A stretch of 64,000 nucleotides of DNA from Oligoflexia bacterium (GTDB lineage: Bacteria; Bdellovibrionota; UBA1018), in assembly GCA_963758495.1 (NCBI GenBank), contig CAVWVI010000003.1, positions 288,001 through 352,000 on the forward strand. The letters are read 5' to 3'. The position numbers and the translations under genes are program-made. Numbering within the stretch: the first letter of the stretch is position 1; every line of letters begins with the position of its first letter. Under the pieces are notes generated by a model. That model worked only from the letters and a program-made list of their open reading frames with translations, had not been told where the DNA came from and ran no database searches. Positions 9,189-18,718 of the stretch are shown one piece after another.

Positions 9189-10700
9189 TTATTCCATCAC
9201 GATTGTTTCAGATTTCATAAAATCGACGAATGTTCTTGCAGGTGTTTTCTCGGCAACACCTGGAAACGCAAATCGTGCTCGATACCACGTAGAGTCGGCA
9301 GATAGTTTCAGGACTACTGGTCCACTTGAGGTTCCGACAGTGACTGGTGTTGTGGACTTCGTCACCGACCAGAATTCTTTGTTTGGGTAATGCCAACCAT
9401 TTCCCGGTTCAGGACTGTGACAAAACCGTCGATCATCCCAAGGTGAAGTTCCATTGGATAGCTCCCATTCTGCACACTGATTCATTGCGTTTTCGTCGGG
9501 ATGAGGCTGCTCAGGAAGAATCCTGTAAACTCGAATACTGTTGCAGGCTCGAGATGCTCCTGGCCAGCCTTTCTGCTGCCAGTAGTTTGTAGCCTTACCT
9601 ATGCCGTCCCAATCGTACATGTCGGTTCTAGGATTGCCACAACGACTTCGACAGCCACTAACGGCATCCACAGTGCTAAAACGTTGAACCGCATGCCCCT
9701 CTTTCAACAGCGCCACGGCTTTGGGTCCGTATGCGTAGATGCCAATCATTTTTTGTTCTCCCGGCTCCAAAGTCACTCCCCAATTCCCGACAGCAAAAGC
9801 TTCATTGATTGAGTTTGAAAAGGTCCTCGGCGTGTCATCTGAAAGTGGAATTGCAACCAGTTCAGATGCAAACTCCTCCTCCCAGTCTTGTCGAGCAATT
9901 GAGTGCCCACAAAAGCTCTGAGTCAAATTAAGACGAGTCATTGAACTACTGAGGCGACCATTCATTCTCACTGGAATTTCTACCACCAGAGGCCATTGTG
10001 AATCGTTTCGAATTGGGACGAATTGCACCAAAGCAAGCTGAACACCTACAGAATTTAGGAACTTCAGCTTTTGGGCAGCAGGGCTAAACTTTTCATCAAA
10101 AGCAGATACAGCCTTTTGGTCTTTACTGACTTTTGAAGGTGGAGTCATGATATTCAAGCTCACTGTTTCTAAGGGTGTTTTGTCAGTTTCACCGAAAAAA
10201 TGAATTTGAACCAATGCAAGACTCTCGCCTGTAGTAGAAAGCAATTTCGAAAACCCAAATGCAGAAAACTGGATTGAGCCTCCATCGAGACTGTCGTTAC
10301 TTTCTTTTACTTCGAGGTTGTAGGGAATCCCGCTCTCAGGTCCTACCCACCCTTGAACCGTTACACGTTTGACGAGGTCTCGCTGAGTGGAAGGCCTGAT
10401 TTCAAAATGAACTTCATCAGGAGCAGAATGAGGAACAATAATGGGCCGATCCAATGCCAGACTAGATAATGTCCCAGCTGGCTCTACCGAAACCGGCTCG
10501 CTCATCGAATTGTCTTCGAGCTTCCATGACATTTTGAGACTGCTACGCTTCATCACTGCTGCTTTTGGTGGATTATTTGGGCCGGTCTGTTCGCTTAGGT
10601 CCGGAGTTGGAGCAGGCTGACCTCCTCCTTCCGGTGATCGAAAAGCGCATCCTGCGATGCTTAATGCTAAAACCATTGTTGTTACTGACTGATATTTCAT
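9189..10700 (-). CDS. Lipoprotein of unknown function with Cys/Trp-rich C-terminal part
   Basis: Lipobox IAGC; 503-aa ORF within the transfer operon. Confidence 0.7.
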   Translation of the reverse strand: MKYQSVTTMVLALSIAGCAFRSPEGGGQPAPTPDLSEQTGPNNPPKAAVMKRSSLKMSWKLEDNSMSEPVSVEPAGTLSSLALDRPIIVPHSAPDEVHFEIRPSTQRDLVKRVTVQGWVGPESGIPYNLEVKESNDSLDGGSIQFSAFGFSKLLSTTGESLALVQIHFFGETDKTPLETVSLNIMTPPSKVSKDQKAVSAFDEKFSPAAQKLKFLNSVGVQLALVQFVPIRNDSQWPLVVEIPVRMNGRLSSSMTRLNLTQSFCGHSIARQDWEEEFASELVAIPLSDDTPRTFSNSINEAFAVGNWGVTLEPGEQKMIGIYAYGPKAVALLKEGHAVQRFSTVDAVSGCRSRCGNPRTDMYDWDGIGKATNYWQQKGWPGASRACNSIRVYRILPEQPHPDENAMNQCAEWELSNGTSPWDDRRFCHSPEPGNGWHYPNKEFWSVTKSTTPVTVGTSSGPVVLKLSADSTWYRARFAFPGVAEKTPARTFVDFMKSETIVME

Positions 10701-10722
10701 ATTTCCCCCTGGATTACTTCTT

Positions 10723-12264
10723 TCAGGACCCAGAAATAGAGGTCCATTTGTCGCTGCTGTCGTTTACATTCAGATGTGATTTTTTTGGCTCTCCCTGAGC
10801 TTTGCCTGATTGCTCCCCTAAAAATGCCGGTGCAATTTCAGTTGGATTCAGAGGTTTCTCTTCTTTCCTGCCAATTCCCCTTTGCTCGGTCTTATGAGCA
10901 ACAGGCATCGAGTTCTTTTGGATTGGACGAGCTGTTTTGAAAGGAATTCGGAGTACACGTGTTTGTCCTTCAGTCTTCATACTGAAAACGCATTCGCCTA
11001 CCCTCAGAGACTTGATTCGATCGGGTGGAATAATAAATTCCTGCACCTCTCGATTCGATGAATCTCCCGTTCTAAACCCGTCGTGAGTACTGTAGGTTTG
11101 CTTCACGGTTTTTCGAGTGCCAATAAAGCGGGACCACCGTTCAGCATCATCGGGGTCATCCTGGCGAAAGATAAATCGTACATTGCAATTGCCTAAAATT
11201 TGGCCCGTAAATTCGGGACTCACCGTATTCAAATCAGAAAGAGTTTGGTGCGCCAGGTGAATCATGAATTCACTGGAACGCCCTTTATTTAGAAACGTTG
11301 AAAAACTTTCAGTAGCAAAAGCATCAAACTCATCAATATAAACGCTAAATGGACGATCACTCTTAAGAGAAGCATTCCGTTTTCTCATTCCTGAAATCAA
11401 AATGATCTCTTGAGTGAGAAGTCGACCGATACGACTACTCTGGACCTTCTTGCCCTCAGTAGGAAGGTCAACGAAGAGAATTTTATTTTGAGTGACGACA
11501 TCCAGTAGAGAGATCTCTCTGCTCGGGTCAATTTCATTCTTCTTCCCGCAAGCCAGAACCTTTTCCCATTCACCGTAAACCAGGTTATTTAGGTCAAAGA
11601 ATAGGCCTTTCAGTGTCTCATTCTTGTCATCTTCACTGATAGACTCGAGTTCTCGCAAAAGGTCACGAATGGTAAATCCATTTTGATTGGATGTAGTGAG
11701 GTGGCGAAATGCCTGAAGGAGTCCAAACTCACATGCTTTTGCATAGTGAGGTTCGCTATAGACAGCAGAGTTGAAAAACTTGGTTTGAAGTTCAGAGGCA
11801 TTCCCTAATCCACAGGGGTTCCAAATTGAACTCTCTTCAGGAAAGGTAGCCGAAAGAAGAAAGAGGTCCTGCTCCCTTCCAATGGATTGACAATAGGCCC
11901 GTACAGACTCGTAAAAACCACGTTCTCCCTTTGGATCAATGACGACGGCACCATATCCCCGTTCAAGATCTGCAAAGAGGAGCTTTTCGACAAGAACCGT
12001 TTTTCCAGTACCGGTTGCACCAACAATGTGAGTATGACGAAGACGTGCCGTGTCTCCAATCCATTCTGAGCCAATTCGAATTCCATATTTTGGTTTTCTT
12101 CTCAGGCGAAAACAGAACTTATCCCAGAACCAATTGATCACTTGTGGCTGGAGCAATGTTAAGAAGGTAACAGTAACTCCAACACTCCCCAATAGGAGCA
12201 GTTGCTCATGAGTGAATTGCTGAAAGAAACCTGACGAATGATGGAGCACCATTGTCTTTTTCAT
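10723..12264 (-). CDS. Type IV coupling protein (VirD4/TraD-like)
   Basis: N-terminal TM helix, Walker A GATGTGKT, IDPKG, Walker B YIDEF, AHQ..SDL, GNCN..FIFR..DPDDAE. Confidence 0.9.
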   Translation of the reverse strand: MKKTMVLHHSSGFFQQFTHEQLLLLGSVGVTVTFLTLLQPQVINWFWDKFCFRLRRKPKYGIRIGSEWIGDTARLRHTHIVGATGTGKTVLVEKLLFADLERGYGAVVIDPKGERGFYESVRAYCQSIGREQDLFLLSATFPEESSIWNPCGLGNASELQTKFFNSAVYSEPHYAKACEFGLLQAFRHLTTSNQNGFTIRDLLRELESISEDDKNETLKGLFFDLNNLVYGEWEKVLACGKKNEIDPSREISLLDVVTQNKILFVDLPTEGKKVQSSRIGRLLTQEIILISGMRKRNASLKSDRPFSVYIDEFDAFATESFSTFLNKGRSSEFMIHLAHQTLSDLNTVSPEFTGQILGNCNVRFIFRQDDPDDAERWSRFIGTRKTVKQTYSTHDGFRTGDSSNREVQEFIIPPDRIKSLRVGECVFSMKTEGQTRVLRIPFKTARPIQKNSMPVAHKTEQRGIGRKEEKPLNPTEIAPAFLGEQSGKAQGEPKKSHLNVNDSSDKWTSISGS

Positions 12265-12950
12265 TGATAGTCTCGGCGATCAAAGAGTCGAACTTCCCCT
12301 CGTTGAGTCCAAACTGGAGGGATTGACGATTTTAGACAGTTCCAATGAACAACACCCATAGGCTGTTCCTTTGGACCAGAAGGAAGATACTTCTTTATCG
12401 ATTCGAAAAGTGTGTCTTGCGTTGCAACGTAAAGGACAAAAATAATTCCTGGAATGTCCTTCCATCGATTCATAAGATGAATAAAACGCGATCGACCTTT
12501 GTCCGAGTTTTCTACTTCAATCGCAATGCCTTTTCCTGATTTGAAGAAAAACAATCCATCTGGAATCTGACGATACTCTTTACCCTTAATTGCACGCTCG
12601 CAAACGAAATGAGCATCCCAGCATTCCTCTAACCGTTGACGCACTGACGTCACAATTGAGTCATGAACTAAGGTTGCGAGTTGGAGATTTCTGACCGGTG
12701 TATGGGGAGTCGCTCCACTTTCAAGGGCAACTCCTGCTCCCGTTCGTGTGGTTCGATAAATGGGTTTTCGACCTAAAGTTGATGTAAGTTCTTCAAATAG
12801 AAAGTTCCCTTTAACCAACTCTTGCACCCTCATTCTACAAGCTCTGTAAGATGCATTTGGAAAAAACTTCTCAACATGCTCCGTCAAAAGAAATTGTTGT
12901 TCGTAACAGAGCTTCAGAATTCTCCTATCTCTGTCCTGAAGAATGATCAT
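12261..12950 (-). CDS. Replication-relaxation (Replic_Relax-like) wHTH/PD-(D/E)XK protein, candidate relaxase
   Basis: QDRDRRIL start, LVHD, IPDG and IAIEVENS motifs; ATGA-coupled to the coupling protein. Confidence 0.7.
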   Translation of the reverse strand: MIILQDRDRRILKLCYEQQFLLTEHVEKFFPNASYRACRMRVQELVKGNFLFEELTSTLGRKPIYRTTRTGAGVALESGATPHTPVRNLQLATLVHDSIVTSVRQRLEECWDAHFVCERAIKGKEYRQIPDGLFFFKSGKGIAIEVENSDKGRSRFIHLMNRWKDIPGIIFVLYVATQDTLFESIKKYLPSGPKEQPMGVVHWNCLKSSIPPVWTQRGEVRLFDRRDYQ

Positions 12951-13015
12951 GCTGGTCCCCTCTTTGTTTTTAGGTTTTTGTTTTTCTTTGTTTCCAGTCC
13001 CCTGTCTCCTCCCCC

Positions 13016-13187
13016 CATGAACTCCCGGCCCGCACTTTGGATCTTGGATCTAGACTTTGGATATCGCTTTGATTTGCCGACCCCGCTCACTCGTCGTTGA
13101 GTGGGTGGGGTCGGCAAATGCGCCAGCAAGAAGCGATTATCTAAAGACCTGGATCTAAAGAGGAAAGGTGCGGGCCGGGAGTTCATG
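13016..13187 (+). other. 172-nt nested hairpin, candidate oriT / single-strand origin / antisense RNA
   Basis: Perfect 20-bp outer stem (13016-13035/13168-13187), perfect 13-bp inner stem (13072-13084/13107-13119), further pairing between them. Confidence 0.7.
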
Positions 13188-13199
13188 CTGAAGTTCATC

Positions 13200-13715
13200 T
13201 CAATTCTTCGCATCATGAACCCCTGACTGAATTGGCTTTGCGAAGAGTTCGCCGGAACGTTTTACTCTGTATGCCTTGTGCGGTTCGTGAAGAGTGCCGT
13301 CTTCTGAGACAGAATCCTCTTCAATGAATTCCTCAATGACGAGGGGTTGAATTCGTTCCCTTACAAACTTCGGAAGTTGCTGGTTAGGCGTAACTTGGAA
13401 CTCACGCAGAGATCTATCGAGACTCTCTTGAGCTTTAAGATCGCCCTGGGATTTTGGAACCTCTGGTTTGGAGTCGGTAAGAAGTGCAGCAACACCTCCT
13501 AGTAGTGCACCGCTTAAACCGAACACCAAAGTATTCAACATCCTGCTTTCTTGGTTGGGAGAGAATACTGCCCCTCCTGCTGCACCCAACCCCGCTCCAA
13601 GTCCAGTCCCCAAGAGAAATCGTTTTCTTCCGGTGAGACTGGCACATCCTGAAGTCGATAGAACTGCCAAGAGACTCCACACGATATAGATGACGGTTTT
13701 GCGTCGGAATTTCAT
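13200..13715 (-). CDS. Lipoprotein with glycine zipper, T4SS-associated (TraV/VirB7-like position)
   Basis: Lipobox TSGC, Gly zipper; TGATG coupling to the upstream gene. Confidence 0.65.
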   Translation of the reverse strand: MKFRRKTVIYIVWSLLAVLSTSGCASLTGRKRFLLGTGLGAGLGAAGGAVFSPNQESRMLNTLVFGLSGALLGGVAALLTDSKPEVPKSQGDLKAQESLDRSLREFQVTPNQQLPKFVRERIQPLVIEEFIEEDSVSEDGTLHEPHKAYRVKRSGELFAKPIQSGVHDAKN

Positions 13716-14488
13716 CAGAAGCGAACCTCCTCTTGGACGAGCACAGTGAGAGCGGTCTGACTTTCAACAACAAGGATTGGCTTTTCAGCAGTTGCTTCCT
13801 CGATAAGTCTTTTGCCCTGATCTGCAGCCGTTTGTGCGACCCCCTGCAACAGAGCATTCCTTCCTGTAGGCTGCGGAGTGGAAAATCCAAGTGCATTTGT
13901 ATTTTGAGTTTGTTGAGAAGCAGCAAACCCAGAAATAAAACTAGACGCCATTGCTCCAGCAACAGCTACAGCCTTACCGCTAAATACTTGAGCCTCAAGT
14001 CCATAGGCTCCACTAGTGTCTAGGCCAGTGCTTTGAATACCTACTGCCTTGCCGGTCCTTAGAAGGAGTTTATTAAACTCTAAAGTGAGGCGTCCTTCGG
14101 TTCCAGCCTGACGCGCTAATCCCATGAGCTTAAGATCTGAAAGTGCTCCCTGGCCAGAATCCAATACGATCAAAATGGGAGAACCATCGGGACCCACGAC
14201 AAGACGAGTGAGAGTCTTTCCATAGAGAAGCTTTCCAGTAGGAATTTTCACTGTGCTAAAATCCGAGTGCACTTGGAATAAGGGTTTTTGGTTGGCCTCG
14301 CTGTTTTGAGTAGGTGAAAGGGAGGCCGGATTGCTGTCAGCAAATCCCACGTTAAGGCCAAACTTTCGCATCAGAACATCGGTTTCCTTTTGTTGATTTC
14401 GAAGACCGATAGTTCGTCGCTGGTACTCGGCATCAGTCATTGCCAGAGCAGGGATACTGAAAAAAAGAACAATCGCTGTCTTTCTCAT
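13715..14488 (-). CDS. VirB10/TrbI-like T4SS core protein
   Basis: Signal peptide, KIPTG.LL.G, R+.+.F..L, G..GL...V, PILVV....L.VL pattern. Confidence 0.72.
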   Translation of the reverse strand: MRKTAIVLFFSIPALAMTDAEYQRRTIGLRNQQKETDVLMRKFGLNVGFADSNPASLSPTQNSEANQKPLFQVHSDFSTVKIPTGKLLYGKTLTRLVVGPDGSPILIVLDSGQGALSDLKLMGLARQAGTEGRLTLEFNKLLLRTGKAVGIQSTGLDTSGAYGLEAQVFSGKAVAVAGAMASSFISGFAASQQTQNTNALGFSTPQPTGRNALLQGVAQTAADQGKRLIEEATAEKPILVVESQTALTVLVQEEVRF

Positions 14489-14823
14489 TCCAAATCTCCT
14501 TTTGCTCGGTATTCCAAGTCCGATGCTCTTGGTGATTCTGAAGAGGGAGCAATTGCAATCACTCGTCGAACCGTTCCGGTGCTTGTCTCCAAAATCAGGT
14601 TAGTCCTTGCAGATCCGGAAAGAGGTTTTAGTAAGACTCCGCATCCCAGCTCCTTGGGGAGAGACTCAAGGCGAACTAAAGCGTCATTTCCAATAGCAGA
14701 GACAAATAACCGGCCTTCGCAGCGAACCTTCGTGATGAAGCCGGGATAAAGCTTGAGAACCTCTTCTGCGCTGACAGAACTCGATATAAAAAGCGTGATT
14801 AGGCCCAAAACAAATCGTTTCAT
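14485..14823 (-). CDS. Small exported protein, VirB9/TraK N-domain-like
   Basis: Signal peptide, LYPGFITKV, LLKP...SARTNLILET. Confidence 0.55.
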   Translation of the reverse strand: MKRFVLGLITLFISSSVSAEEVLKLYPGFITKVRCEGRLFVSAIGNDALVRLESLPKELGCGVLLKPLSGSARTNLILETSTGTVRRVIAIAPSSESPRASDLEYRAKGDLE

Positions 14824-15611
14824 TCTGCTTGTACCGGACCTTTCTTGAAATTTAGGATTCGTCTGACACTTCGAAATAGACTCGCCTGAGAATCGAGGTC
14901 CCCTGAAAACGCTCCAGAGAGAAACTTATGAGTCATGGCTGGAATCATTAGAATGAGAATAATGGCAAGAAGTTCTACTGCAACGACGTACAGTCCCCAG
15001 CTTCCGGCCTTCAACATTTCTTTTCTGGCCACGAGAGCGGTCGTAACCTCCACTGCTGACAGCATTGGAAACCAAAGAGCTAATTCGATGGCATAAAGTG
15101 ACATGTGGTTAAACATTTGAGGAGCAACAGGATACACACCGCAGGCAATGGGAAATAAGAAGAGCAGTAATGTCCAAAATACATCTCTCGCGCTCTCCAG
15201 CAAGAAGGATGCGATTAGGAATACCCAGTCTACGACTGCGCACATCACCCCCCAAACGCCGGTTCTCCAGGCCTGTTCTAATACGGCAGGCAAATTGAAC
15301 GACGTGGAGGTTCCTGACGGTCCTGGTTCCCCAGAAGCCTTTTGAAACGCATTGAGAATGATTGCTCGCAGATCCTCCTGATGCCCAAGCCTAGAAATGA
15401 CAGTCGATAGTCCTTCTGAGAGAATCAATAGCTGAGAAGCCGCTGACTTGAAAAAAATCAGAGCAATACAACCGATTGCCATCCGCTCAAAAGAAAGATG
15501 CAAGTCAAACGAGCCTCGCATTGATCTGACTAAACAAAACCCAAACGACGCACCTAAAAGTAATCTGCCAGAAGGAATCAATATATCTGGCGTAACAGAT
15601 TCAGTGATCAT
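14820..15611 (-). CDS. Polytopic membrane protein, VirB6/TrbL-like
   Basis: About 5-6 TM helices; position in the operon. Confidence 0.6.
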   Translation of the reverse strand: MITESVTPDILIPSGRLLLGASFGFCLVRSMRGSFDLHLSFERMAIGCIALIFFKSAASQLLILSEGLSTVISRLGHQEDLRAIILNAFQKASGEPGPSGTSTSFNLPAVLEQAWRTGVWGVMCAVVDWVFLIASFLLESARDVFWTLLLFLFPIACGVYPVAPQMFNHMSLYAIELALWFPMLSAVEVTTALVARKEMLKAGSWGLYVVAVELLAIILILMIPAMTHKFLSGAFSGDLDSQASLFRSVRRILNFKKGPVQAE

Positions 15612-16318
15612 CGGTTGCTCCCCATTCGGCCTTTGCGAGAAGCAACCGTGAGTTGTCGCTCGTAGAGAACTCGACGCATTTTTGATTCTTGAAGGTCTTT
15701 CGAGACTTGGCTCTTTTGAAACTCCAAAGACATGGCTTGAAGTTGGACTAATTCCGACATGGTTTGGAGTTGTACGCCGGTGGCAAGCATTTGAGCCGAA
15801 GAGCTAGCTGCAGTAATTTGACTCGCTCTTCCAGGAGTTGCTGTTTTTGACTCCTCAGACAGCTTTGTGCCAGTTATCACCATTTCCTGTCCCATTTTGT
15901 AAGCAGTGTCCCCTTGTATAGCGCTACTGGTGATCGCTTGGTCAGCTAGTGACACTTTCACTGCCATCAGATCGTCAATCTGCTCTTTTGTTCGTTGGGC
16001 TCGAGAAATAAGATCGTTCAAGTCAGATAGACTTCGAATTGAAGTAGGATCGAGGCCCTGACTTCTCTCTATTATGGATTGAATATTATAGATTTGGTTA
16101 ACCGCTCGATCCACGCCCTCATTTAAGTCTTTCAATGTATTGATTTGATCCTTGGCAACCCCAATATTCTCCGTAAGTCTTTCGATCTCGGTGATTTGAC
16201 CCGACACCAGCTGAATAAGTGGGACCATTTCAGATCCAAAAAATGCATGGGCAGTTGGACAGGACAGTAAGGAACTAGAAAGGACCACAAAGGAAATCCC
16301 TAGGAAGGAGAAACGCAT
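15608..16318 (-). CDS. Exported helical protein, VirB5/TrbJ-like
   Basis: Signal peptide ending AHA; coiled-coil Q/L-rich body; position after VirB4. Confidence 0.55.
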   Translation of the reverse strand: MRFSFLGISFVVLSSSLLSCPTAHAFFGSEMVPLIQLVSGQITEIERLTENIGVAKDQINTLKDLNEGVDRAVNQIYNIQSIIERSQGLDPTSIRSLSDLNDLISRAQRTKEQIDDLMAVKVSLADQAITSSAIQGDTAYKMGQEMVITGTKLSEESKTATPGRASQITAASSSAQMLATGVQLQTMSELVQLQAMSLEFQKSQVSKDLQESKMRRVLYERQLTVASRKGRMGSNR

Positions 16319-18144
16319 CGTTGGCTCCTTTCCAAAAGCTGATTCTTTCGGATCTCGGCTATTAGCTCTTCTCGAAGATTGTCAGTCCTGAGCAAAGCAT
16401 GTTCTACGTCAGTAGGATAAAGCCTCCCAAAACGAGACAGGAATGGAGTCTTAATGAGACATTCCGAGAAGACTCCTTTTTTCTGACGAAGAGATCTAAC
16501 CTTAGTCAACTCTACTGAATTTAAGCCGAGAATTCCCTGATACTGTTCCAGATCCTCTCCCTGTCGAAGAAGGATTCGAATAGGTGCGTTTTGAAAAATA
16601 CTCTGTCCACTTTGGTCAGTGAGAAAATCAGATAAACTTTGTGTAACCGCGATCGCCGCTCCGTTCAATTTGCGAAATTCACGAAATGCTCTTTGAACTA
16701 AAAGCGGTTCATCTCTCATGAAATTCCAACACTCATCTAGGACAACATAGACAGGATGAGTGGAGTCTCGTGATCTTAAAAACGCTTCTAACTGGCCTAA
16801 AATCGTTTGGATACCCATCTTTTTATCGTTCTGATCAAGATCCGAAAGTTCAATTCCGGCCATTCCACCGACACTATTGAGATGACTGAAAACACAGGCA
16901 GTTGAAGCCTGGAGTTCATTTAATTTCTTAGGTTCTTCATATCCCTGCCCAAATGCACGAACTAGACGTCGAAAACTTCTATTATGATCAATGAAAAGAA
17001 CGCTCATCGGAACTCTGGCTTCGATCATTCTCTTCAGTACCAAACCAGTAAAGAAACTCTTTCCACTTCCAGAAGCGCCTACTACAAGCCAGTGGAGAGC
17101 CTCTAACCTCGAATCGTTGGGTGAAAAGTAGAGAGGCTTTTTACGGACGGTTGTCAGAATAGATGCACCTGGCTCGACTGGATCATTCAGATTTGGAATC
17201 AAATCACATGCAGTTACTGCACGAACCAGATGGGTACGATGAAGCCTGTGTCTCAAACCCAGCGTAGCGCAAACAGCCAAATCAGCTCGCTTCTCGTGAC
17301 AAAACATCGAATGGTCTAGGTCCAACTTCGAAGGTGAAATGAGGATAAGGGAGATTTCTACTAGCGTTTCATCTCCGCGAGATAGACCCTGAAGAACTGC
17401 GCTTGAATCTTCAAAAGCAACCTCTGCATCAATATCTGAGATGACAGAATCGCCTCTGGCATTGTTGCGTCGGGAAATTTCAATTTGACGTTTAACTGAC
17501 TGAAAGCTTACTCCTCGAACAGTTACGACTACTGTAACCGGCACATCAATTCTTTTTAGAATTGAAAAAAGAAACAGCGGGTCGGTTTGAACGGGGATCT
17601 GATAGAGAGAATAGACTTGTTCCTGACCTGTATAGATTCCTCGAGTTATTTCTGAAAAGTCGAGTTTTCCTGCAAGACTAAATCGCCCTGAGCAGCCAAT
17701 TTCATAGCCTTCTGCACCTTTATCGCTCATTTCGCAGACAATTGTGTAACGTTCATTTTCGTTGAGACTGACAATTCGTTCAAGGAGAGCTTCCTTGGAT
17801 GCAATCAATTCTCTCTCATCAAGAGTGTCTGGAGGTTGAATGTCGAACGGAGTTTCCAGGAACTCGGATCGACCATTTGGATTTTTAATCCTAACCCTTC
17901 GCTCGATTGGCCAAATAAGAGACTCTTCCCAACCTGTCTTTGCGAACTGGCTCGTCACCCTAAGAATGACGTAGCCTGATGCTCCCACTGCTAAGGAAAT
18001 AAGGTCTCCATAGCGAACTCCTCCGAGAGCTACTGACATCCCTAAAACTAGGCTTGCTAGTCCAATTAAACCAAAGAGTGGAACTCCGAATATCAGCGGC
18101 CTTCTTAAAAGATTCCTGGCTGTGGGCTCGCAGTAAACTCTCAT
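16300..18144 (-). CDS. Compact VirB3-VirB4-like fusion ATPase
   Basis: N-terminal L.RPLIFGVP plus two TM helices (VirB3-like); GASGSGKS, VVLDECW, REFRKLNG..IAVTQS. Confidence 0.82.
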   Translation of the reverse strand: MRVYCEPTARNLLRRPLIFGVPLFGLIGLASLVLGMSVALGGVRYGDLISLAVGASGYVILRVTSQFAKTGWEESLIWPIERRVRIKNPNGRSEFLETPFDIQPPDTLDERELIASKEALLERIVSLNENERYTIVCEMSDKGAEGYEIGCSGRFSLAGKLDFSEITRGIYTGQEQVYSLYQIPVQTDPLFLFSILKRIDVPVTVVVTVRGVSFQSVKRQIEISRRNNARGDSVISDIDAEVAFEDSSAVLQGLSRGDETLVEISLILISPSKLDLDHSMFCHEKRADLAVCATLGLRHRLHRTHLVRAVTACDLIPNLNDPVEPGASILTTVRKKPLYFSPNDSRLEALHWLVVGASGSGKSFFTGLVLKRMIEARVPMSVLFIDHNRSFRRLVRAFGQGYEEPKKLNELQASTACVFSHLNSVGGMAGIELSDLDQNDKKMGIQTILGQLEAFLRSRDSTHPVYVVLDECWNFMRDEPLLVQRAFREFRKLNGAAIAVTQSLSDFLTDQSGQSIFQNAPIRILLRQGEDLEQYQGILGLNSVELTKVRSLRQKKGVFSECLIKTPFLSRFGRLYPTDVEHALLRTDNLREELIAEIRKNQLLERSQRCVSPS

Positions 18145-18145
18145 G

Positions 18146-18469
18146 TTATCGCACCTGACTGGAAATGAAGTTCCAAACTCCGGTCAAACCAAGTAGACAA
18201 GCAATTGCGACAACAACTCGAACTGTCTCATTCTTTGCATTCGGATCGCCTTGAATATGTGCAAAGATATTCTTTCCGAGATATCCCACAGCTACGATTG
18301 GGAGAAGCCTGCCCGTAAAGGCTTTTACCAAGTTATTCAGAGTTCCTTCAAGGTCTGCCGCAAACGCAACCTCTGGCACTAGGAGACTTAAGAGCAAGAG
18401 AGGTTCATTCATTGCTCCAGCTTTCCGAACGAACCTACCTAAAGTTTTTTCTTTATGTGTTGCTTTCAA
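18146..18469 (-). CDS. VirB2/TrbC-like pilin
   Basis: Leader ending PEVAFA, then two hydrophobic helices; start is TTG 18469 (RBS aaggagg) or ATG 18412. Confidence 0.7.
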   Translation of the reverse strand: MKATHKEKTLGRFVRKAGAMNEPLLLLSLLVPEVAFAADLEGTLNNLVKAFTGRLLPIVAVGYLGKNIFAHIQGDPNAKNETVRVVVAIACLLGLTGVWNFISSQVR

Positions 18470-18554
18470 ACCGGCCTCCTTCCGATATGCATCCAAATTC
18501 TGCGACCGCAAGACATCTCTTTTTGCGACGCACTAACAAATCGCGGCGAGTATG

Positions 18555-18571
18555 AGCATGAAGAATGCCAG
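18555..18571 (-). promoter_or_regulatory. sigma54 -24/-12 promoter for the transfer/xis/int operon
   Basis: Minus strand cTGGCAttcttcaTGCt = GG-N10-GC; divergent from a sigma54 activator gene. Confidence 0.72.
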
Positions 18572-18677
18572 GTACACAAAACATCTAAGATGTTGAATTG
18601 GTTAAGTTTGAAGCATATGCGTTAATTTCAATTGGACTAAGCAGTCGCAAAAGTTGGATTTTTCTCTGGATTTTCAA

Positions 18678-18693
18678 GTCACATTTCTGAGAC
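18678..18693. promoter_or_regulatory. Candidate activator-binding palindrome (UAS)
   Basis: GTCaCAtttcTGaGAC about 110 bp upstream of the -24 element; IHF-like attcaacatctta (minus, 18586-18598) lies between them. Confidence 0.4.
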
Positions 18694-18718
18694 AAGACCT
18701 TTCAAGGGGGCGGCAATA

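Noticed and set aside
12947..13216. 89-aa ORF as a functional protein
   Set aside because: Its sequence is dictated by the DNA palindrome; kept only as a possible coupling frame.
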